Shown: one piece after another, positions 58,163 through 64,000 of the stretch
Layout of the letters: every line of letters starts with the position of its first letter
Numbering within the stretch: position 1 is the stretch's first letter
Assembly: GCA_041690135.1 (NCBI GenBank)
Contig: JAWLHY010000004.1
Coordinates: 192,001-256,000 of the forward strand
Length of the DNA stretch: 64,000 nt
Source of the DNA: Armatimonadota bacterium
GTDB taxonomy: Bacteria; Armatimonadota; SYMT01
Reading direction: 5' to 3'
Notes under the pieces: model-generated
The model's database searches: none
What the model saw: the letters and a program-made list of their open reading frames with translations, nothing else
What the model was told of the DNA's origin: nothing
Made by a program: the position numbers and the translations under genes

Positions 58163-59731
58163 ATGCAACGGCACCACGGAGACGCGCCCCGCCTGCTGCC
58201 CGGCAACCCGGCCCTGGATGCGCAGGGAGCAGAGATCACGCGGAGCGTATCGGTCCTGAGTACCTTCACCGGCCCCGGCGAGTTCGGCCGGATGCTGCCC
58301 GACCTCTTGCCCTTCCGGCCGAGCGATCGGGCACTCATCGAACTGGGTGTGGCGATGGAGGACGCCGATTTCGGCACGGACCCGGAAGACCCGGACGGGG
58401 ACAACCCGAACATCCCCGCCGGCTTCACCTATTTCGGGCAGTTCGTCGATCACGACATCACCTTCGATAAGACGGAGGGATTTCCCGACGAGGCCCTGGA
58501 CCCGGAGGTGATTGTGCAGGCCCGCACGCCTTCCCTGGACCTCGACAGCCTCTACGGTTTGGGGCCGGAGCTCCAGCCGGACCTGTACGAGCCGGGAGAT
58601 CCGGCGGACCGCGCCCGGTTTCGGATTGGCGCTACCAGCGGGGAGTCGTCACCCGATGAAACGGGGCAGCCCCTCCCTGTTTCGCTGCCGCACGACCTTC
58701 CACGGGGCGCCGATAACCGGGCCCTGATCGGCGACCCGCGCAACGACGAGAACCTGGCGGTAGCGCAAACTCATCTCGCGTTCCTCCAATTCCACAACCG
58801 GGTGCTGGAGCAGCTCCTGGCGGGCGAAGTGGCGCCGGTCTGTACGGGAACGCCCTTCGAGCAGGCCCGGCAGATCGTGCGCTGGCATTACCAGTGGATC
58901 GTGCTCCACGACTTCGTGGCCCGCCTGGTGGATCCGGAAATCCTGGCTCGCGTGCTGGCGGAAGGGCGCCGCTTCTATCTGTGGGAACAGCATCCCTCGG
59001 GACGCCCCTTCATGCCCATCGAGCATTCCGTGGCGGCCTACCGCCTGGGCCACAGCATGATCCGGCAGAACTACAACTTCAACCGGGTGTTCCGCACCGG
59101 TGGGCTGGCCGTGGCCGGGCTCGATCTCCTGTTCCACTTCACCGGAAACAACCGGCCGGCGCCCGTGCCGGGACTGCCACCGGGCGCCCCCATTCCTTCG
59201 AACTGGATCATCGATTGGAGGCGTTTCTTCGCGCTCGACCCGGCGGTAACGCCGAACGCTTCCCGCAAGCTGGACACCCGCCTGGCCAACCCGCTCCGCT
59301 CGCTACCGGAGTTCCGGGGCACCGACAACCAGCCGGAGTCTCTCGCGCAGCGCAACCTGCTGCGCGGCAGCCGTCTCGGTCTTCCCTCCGGACAGGACGT
59401 AGCCGAGCGCCTGGACATCGATCCGCTCCCGGCAGAGGTCATTGCCACCGGACCGGCGGGAGAGGTGGCGGCTCGGCATCACCTGCAGCACCAGACCCCC
59501 CTCTGGTTCTACATCCTGAAAGAAGCGGAGGCGCTCGAAAGCGGGGTCCGGTTAGGACCGGTGGGCAGCATCCTCATCGCGGAGGTATTCGTGGGGCTCC
59601 TCCAGGGAGATCCGCTCTCCTTCATGAAGGCCGATCCGGATTGGAAGCCCACGCTCCCGTCCGCCACGCCAGGCGCCTTTTCCATGGCCGACCTGCTGGC
59701 CTACGTCGGCAACGTCAACCCCCTGGGATGA
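58163..59731 (+). CDS. Heme peroxidase, peroxidase-cyclooxygenase superfamily, copy 2
   Basis: GGAGG RBS; GFTYFGQFVDHDIT, DPRNDEN, AAYRLGHS; collinear paralogue of copy 1. Confidence 0.9.
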   Translation: MQRHHGDAPRLLPGNPALDAQGAEITRSVSVLSTFTGPGEFGRMLPDLLPFRPSDRALIELGVAMEDADFGTDPEDPDGDNPNIPAGFTYFGQFVDHDITFDKTEGFPDEALDPEVIVQARTPSLDLDSLYGLGPELQPDLYEPGDPADRARFRIGATSGESSPDETGQPLPVSLPHDLPRGADNRALIGDPRNDENLAVAQTHLAFLQFHNRVLEQLLAGEVAPVCTGTPFEQARQIVRWHYQWIVLHDFVARLVDPEILARVLAEGRRFYLWEQHPSGRPFMPIEHSVAAYRLGHSMIRQNYNFNRVFRTGGLAVAGLDLLFHFTGNNRPAPVPGLPPGAPIPSNWIIDWRRFFALDPAVTPNASRKLDTRLANPLRSLPEFRGTDNQPESLAQRNLLRGSRLGLPSGQDVAERLDIDPLPAEVIATGPAGEVAARHHLQHQTPLWFYILKEAEALESGVRLGPVGSILIAEVFVGLLQGDPLSFMKADPDWKPTLPSATPGAFSMADLLAYVGNVNPLG

Positions 59732-59850
59732 TCCAGACCGCGTGAGCCCGGGTCCGTTCGAGTGTGCGCGATCGGTGAATAACCCGGCCGTTTCGTTGTG
59801 CGGCGCGGAGAAAGTCTCCCGCCGCACTTCTTTAGATACGAGGTGGGAAA

Positions 59851-60936
59851 ATGCCTGAAGATCCCGGAGACGGCAGTTCAAAGTTGTTCCAGAAACTTTC
59901 GCTCCTCCCGCAGGCGCGGGTGATTGGAGCGCTGGTTGGTCACTCCATGTTGCTGACCCTTCTGGTGACTTATGCTCTGATCGAGGTGTTTCCCCACGCC
60001 TCGCTTACTCGCCACATCAACGCAAATCTGTCGGCGCCGGTCAATACCAACACGCCGCCCGCTGATCCTGCTAACGTGCCCAACCCGTCCGCCGGGAATG
60101 GCACCAACGGCACGGGGACGGGCACTGGCAACGCATCTCCAGCTACCGCCGGCAAACCTACCGGTTCCCCGACCCCTGGCGTCGGAACTGATGGCTCCGC
60201 TACCTCACCTTCCAACGCAAAGCCGGCCAGTCAGGGCCAGGCACCAGGTGCGCCGGCAGCCGCTTTCACGGAACGGTCACGAGTAACTCTCTTCCAGGTA
60301 CTGACGATTGCCATCACGTGGGAGGCCCGACTACTCCTGATGGTAGCCCTGGCCGGAGTATTAGGCAGCCTCATCCACGCGATGACCTCCCTCACGGACT
60401 ACATCGGTAATCGAAGTCTGGTACTGAGCTGGATACCGTGGTATCTGCTTCGCCCTCTCAACGGCATGGCGCTCGCGCTGCTTTGCTATATCGCTGTTCG
60501 AGCCGCCGGCCCAGCCACTCCCGAGTACAATCCGTTTAGCTTTGCATTACTGGCGGGGCTTGCCGGTCTCTTTTCCAAACAGGCAACTGACAAACTCGAG
60601 GAACTATTCAGCCTGCTTCTGCGCCCCTCTCCTGGCAAGGGAGACCAGGCGAGGAAGGATTCCCTGGTGCAAAAGCCGGTGCTCTCGGCGTTAGACCCTA
60701 AGGAGCTCACGGCGGGAGCGGCCAGTGCCACAGTGAGGTTGCTCGGCAGTGGATTCTCTGCGGCCCTGGGGGTTACGGTCAACGGCCAGGCAAGACCTTA
60801 CGTGATGATGTCCCCAACGGAACTGCGCGTGGACCTGCGGACCGAGGACTTGGCTCAGCCGGGTGATCTCACGGTTGTGCTGGTGCATCAACCCACGGGT
60901 GCGCAGATCGGTTCGCTTCGGGTCCCCGTGCAGTAG
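59851..60936 (+). CDS. Multi-pass membrane protein with low-complexity loop and C-terminal IPT/TIG-like domain
   Basis: AGVLGSLIH...SWIPWYLLRP..G...AGLAGLFSKQATDKL; PVLSALDP...VRLLGSGF...VNG. Confidence 0.72.
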   Translation: MPEDPGDGSSKLFQKLSLLPQARVIGALVGHSMLLTLLVTYALIEVFPHASLTRHINANLSAPVNTNTPPADPANVPNPSAGNGTNGTGTGTGNASPATAGKPTGSPTPGVGTDGSATSPSNAKPASQGQAPGAPAAAFTERSRVTLFQVLTIAITWEARLLLMVALAGVLGSLIHAMTSLTDYIGNRSLVLSWIPWYLLRPLNGMALALLCYIAVRAAGPATPEYNPFSFALLAGLAGLFSKQATDKLEELFSLLLRPSPGKGDQARKDSLVQKPVLSALDPKELTAGAASATVRLLGSGFSAALGVTVNGQARPYVMMSPTELRVDLRTEDLAQPGDLTVVLVHQPTGAQIGSLRVPVQ

Positions 60937-61243
60937 CGTCCGGTGGGCCTTCGAAAAATACTCGGGCGGGTGCAAGACGCCACTGAAGAAGGAAGAGAGG
61001 TCTGCCAGCCACCGAACCCGAATGCAGAAGTGACCCTTGGCGATGGGGGCTCGACGCCACTTCCTGCCAGGTAACCTCGGAGTACCCTACAAGACAGGCT
61101 CCCAGGCCAGTTCGCCGTGGTTGATACCCGTTCTCGCAACCGCGCAAGTATCAACCACGGCAAAACATCGTCAACCGGTAGCCTGGACACAGGTCGGGGT
61201 TTCGCGGTACTTATGTCAGGGAAGGTAGAGAGGCGCGTCACCC

Positions 61244-64000
61244 ATGTCCCCCAGGAAACATCTCACCGGAATCGCGGCCGGCACCGCTGCCGTCGCCGCA
61301 TCGCTGCTGGCCGGCCTGTCCGGCGGTTCGCTGGTAGCCGCCGAGCCCGCTCCCACGCCGGAGCAGGTCAAGTTTTTCGAGACGAAGGTCCGCCCCCTCC
61401 TGGCGGAGCAGTGCTACTCCTGCCACGGGCCGCAGCGGGAGATCGGAGGCCTGCGACTCGACTCGCGCGCGGCCGCGCTGAAGGGTGGCGGCGCCGGCCC
61501 CGCGGTGGTGCCGGGACATCCGGAAAAGAGCCTGCTGATCCAGGCGGTGAACTACCAGGGACGCCGCATGCCCCCCGCCGGAAAGCTGAAGGCGGAGCAG
61601 ATCACGATCCTGACCGAGTGGGTAAAGATGGGCGCGCCGTGGCCGAGCGGCGAGGCCGGCGGCCACGGAAGCGGAGAGCGCCGGAAGACCGCCGTCGATC
61701 GGATCAAGGAAGCGCATACCGATATCCGCACCGGGAAGCGTGCTTCCGAGTACTGGGCTTTCCAGCCGGTCAAACAGCCTCAGGTTCCGCAGATCGTGGA
61801 TGGCGGGTGGTCCCGGAATGCGGTCGACCGCTTCGTCTTCCAGAAGCTGAAAGCCACGGGCCTCTCGCCCGCGCCCGAGGCGGACCGCGCCACCCTGATC
61901 CGGCGGCTCTACTTCGACCTCATCGGCCTGCCGCCCGCGCCGGAGGAGGTCGCCGCGTTCGTCAACGACCCGCAGCCGGACGCCTACGAGAAGCTGGTCG
62001 ACCGTCTCCTCGCCAGCCCGCGGTACGGCGAGAAGTGGGCGCGCCACTGGCTGGACCTGGTCCGCTACGCCGACTCGGACGGTTACCGCATCGACCATTA
62101 TCGCCCGCACGCGTGGCGCTACCGCGACTACGTCATCCGGAGCTTCAACCAGGACAGGCCTTACAACCGCTTCGTCCAGGAACAGCTCGCGGCCGACGAG
62201 CTCTTCCCCAACGATCCGGAAGCGATCACCGGGCTGGGCTATCTCCGGCACGGCATCTACGAGTACAACAACCGCGACGTGCGGGGGCAGTGGACCACCA
62301 TCCTGGACGACATCACCGACACCACGGGCGACGTCTTTCTGGGCCTCGGGGTGCAGTGCGCGCGATGCCACGACCACAAGTTCGATCCGATCCTGCAGAA
62401 GGACTACTACCGGCTTCGCGCCTTCTTCGCGCCCATCCAGCCGGAAGAGGAGCGGATCGTAGCCACGCCGGAGCAGATCGCCCGGCACCGGCAGGAGATG
62501 GCCGTCTGGGAGCAGAAGACCGCCGAGATCCGCCGCCAACTCGACGCGTTGGAAGCCCCCTACCGGAAGGCCGCGGAGAAACGAGCGGTCGAGATCTTCC
62601 CGGAAGATATCCAGGCGATGATCAACAAGCCGGTCGCCCAGCGGGAGCCCCTGGAGCACCAACTCGCCACCCTCGCCTACCGGCAGGTCTACTTCGAGTA
62701 CGACCGGCTCGAAACGCGCATCAAGGGCACGGACAAGGAAAAGTACCTGGCGCTCAAGAAGCAGCTCGCCGCGTTCGACAAGGAGAAGCCCGAACCGCTC
62801 CCGACGGTGATGGCCCTCTCCGACGTCGGCCCCCAGGCGCCGCCGGTCCTGATCCCCAAGAAGGGGAAGGAGCCGATTGAGCCGGGCTTCCTGAGCGTGT
62901 TCGATCCGCAGCCCGCGAAGATCGCGCCGATCCCCGGCCGGCCCCAAACCACCGGACGCCGCGCCGCCCTGGCCCGCTGGCTCACGCAGCCGGAGAACCC
63001 CCTTACCGGTCGGGTCATCGTCAACCGGGTGTGGCAGTACCACTTCGGCCGCGGCCTCGCCGCCAACGCCAGTGACTTCGGCCGCCTCGGTGACGTGCCG
63101 ACCCATCCCGAGCTTCTCGACTGGCTGGCCTCCGCGTTCGTCGCCCCCACCACCCCACAACCCCCGGTCCCTGGCCCCGCCAAAGGCCTAGGTTGGAGTC
63201 TCAAAAGGCTTCACCGCCTCCTCGTCACCAGCGCGACCTACCGGCAGGCCACCCGGCATCCCCAGGCGGAGGCGTACCGGTTGAAGGACCCGGAGAACCG
63301 CCTGTACTGGCGCGGCAACACGCGGCGCCTGGAGGCGGAACAGATCCGGGACGCGGTCTACGCCGTTACGGGTGAGTTGGACCTGAAGGCGGGCGGACCC
63401 GGCGTCAACGGCTCGGACCCGCGGCGGACGATCTATATCCGCTACATGCGCAACGCGCGGGATCCGCTGCTGGATGTTTTCGACCTGCCGCTGTTCTTCT
63501 CCAGCACGTCGTCCCGGGACACCACCACCACCCCGGTCCAGTCGCTCCTGCTGTTCAACAGCCAGACGATGCTGCTGCGGGCGAAGGCCTTCGCCCAGCG
63601 CCTGGAGCGGGAGACCGGTGGCGACGAGACCCAGATGATCGCGCGCGCCTACCAACTCGCCTTCTCGCGGCCTCCCCGCACGGATGAGCTGCAGGCGGCC
63701 CGGCAGTTCCTGAGCGAGCAGGCGGCCCGGATCAACCCGATGGAAGCGGGAAGCGATGCCGCGGCGTTCCTCTATGACAAGCTGCCGTTCCGTGACGGGC
63801 AAGCCGCCATTCTCTCTCCGGAGGGGCCGCAGCGCCGCTTCGAGGTAGCACACAACGAGCAGTTCCCCACGGGGGATTTCACGCTCGAGGCGTTCGTGCT
63901 GCCGCGCTCCGTCTACGAGACCGGCGCCGTGCGCACGATTGCGGCGAAGTGGAGCGGCGACCACCGCGCGCCCGGCTGGGGCTTCGGCATCACCGGTAAA
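61244..64000 (+). CDS. Cytochrome c + DUF1549 + DUF1553 protein continuing into a LamG-like domain; 3' end runs off the window
   Basis: Manual translation from ATG 61244: FFETKVRPLLAEQCYSCHG, RYGEKWARHWLDLVRYADS, VQCARCHDHKFDPI, VNRVWQYHFGRG, GDFTLEAFV. Confidence 0.9.
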   Translation, partial: MSPRKHLTGIAAGTAAVAASLLAGLSGGSLVAAEPAPTPEQVKFFETKVRPLLAEQCYSCHGPQREIGGLRLDSRAAALKGGGAGPAVVPGHPEKSLLIQAVNYQGRRMPPAGKLKAEQITILTEWVKMGAPWPSGEAGGHGSGERRKTAVDRIKEAHTDIRTGKRASEYWAFQPVKQPQVPQIVDGGWSRNAVDRFVFQKLKATGLSPAPEADRATLIRRLYFDLIGLPPAPEEVAAFVNDPQPDAYEKLVDRLLASPRYGEKWARHWLDLVRYADSDGYRIDHYRPHAWRYRDYVIRSFNQDRPYNRFVQEQLAADELFPNDPEAITGLGYLRHGIYEYNNRDVRGQWTTILDDITDTTGDVFLGLGVQCARCHDHKFDPILQKDYYRLRAFFAPIQPEEERIVATPEQIARHRQEMAVWEQKTAEIRRQLDALEAPYRKAAEKRAVEIFPEDIQAMINKPVAQREPLEHQLATLAYRQVYFEYDRLETRIKGTDKEKYLALKKQLAAFDKEKPEPLPTVMALSDVGPQAPPVLIPKKGKEPIEPGFLSVFDPQPAKIAPIPGRPQTTGRRAALARWLTQPENPLTGRVIVNRVWQYHFGRGLAANASDFGRLGDVPTHPELLDWLASAFVAPTTPQPPVPGPAKGLGWSLKRLHRLLVTSATYRQATRHPQAEAYRLKDPENRLYWRGNTRRLEAEQIRDAVYAVTGELDLKAGGPGVNGSDPRRTIYIRYMRNARDPLLDVFDLPLFFSSTSSRDTTTTPVQSLLLFNSQTMLLRAKAFAQRLERETGGDETQMIARAYQLAFSRPPRTDELQAARQFLSEQAARINPMEAGSDAAAFLYDKLPFRDGQAAILSPEGPQRRFEVAHNEQFPTGDFTLEAFVLPRSVYETGAVRTIAAKWSGDHRAPGWGFGITGK

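Noticed and set aside
39184-61200. The island as a prophage, ICE or transposon
   Set aside because: No integrase, transposase, tRNA, att-like direct repeats or phage structural genes recognised.
61184-61211. TGGACA-N16-GGTACT upstream of the last DUF1549 gene as a fifth regulon site
   Set aside because: Three mismatches over the two boxes and no GG before the -10 box; too weak without a PWM score.
3360-63964. Long antisense or alternative-frame ORFs (e.g. 3360-5003, 25374-27101, 28317-29963, 34660-36642, 61117-62880, 61238-63160)
   Set aside because: Shadows of real high-GC genes on the opposite strand or another frame; no independent motifs.

Overview
High-GC bacterial chromosome segment; the gene content (DUF1549/DUF1553 + DUF1501, prepilin/H-X9-DG protein, translin-like gene, rpmE-DUF1385-prfA-prmC) suggests Armatimonadota, which is an inference. 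Bases 1-39 kb are mostly housekeeping and envelope genes (FAH-family enzyme, TolB-like propeller, translin-accB, heptose/sugar-kinase cluster, pth-prs-solA, rpmE-prfA-prmC-GT4, uvrA, a PIN toxin-antitoxin pair, IclR-DUF1549/1553-DUF1501, AraC) interspersed with short tandem repeats and REP-like palindromes. The main result is the 39-61 kb accessory block. Its core operon encodes an ECF sigma factor, a double zinc-finger anti-sigma-like protein, a Lon-protease/TIR/AAA_35 fusion, an AAA_35/TM/WD40 protein and a small Cys/His-rich protein. An ECF-type promoter motif (TGAAAA-N16-YGTACT) lies upstream of the sigma gene itself, of a phenoloxidase/hemocyanin-like dicopper enzyme and of a heme peroxidase, and in degenerate form upstream of an sORF-NlpC/P60-secretin operon. 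I interpret this, as a hypothesis, as an NLR-like sensor -> protease -> anti-sigma -> ECF sigma cascade that drives an oxidative and envelope response regulon. No rRNA, tRNA, CRISPR array, integrase or transposase was recognised. All domain calls come from reading motifs by eye, not from database searches.
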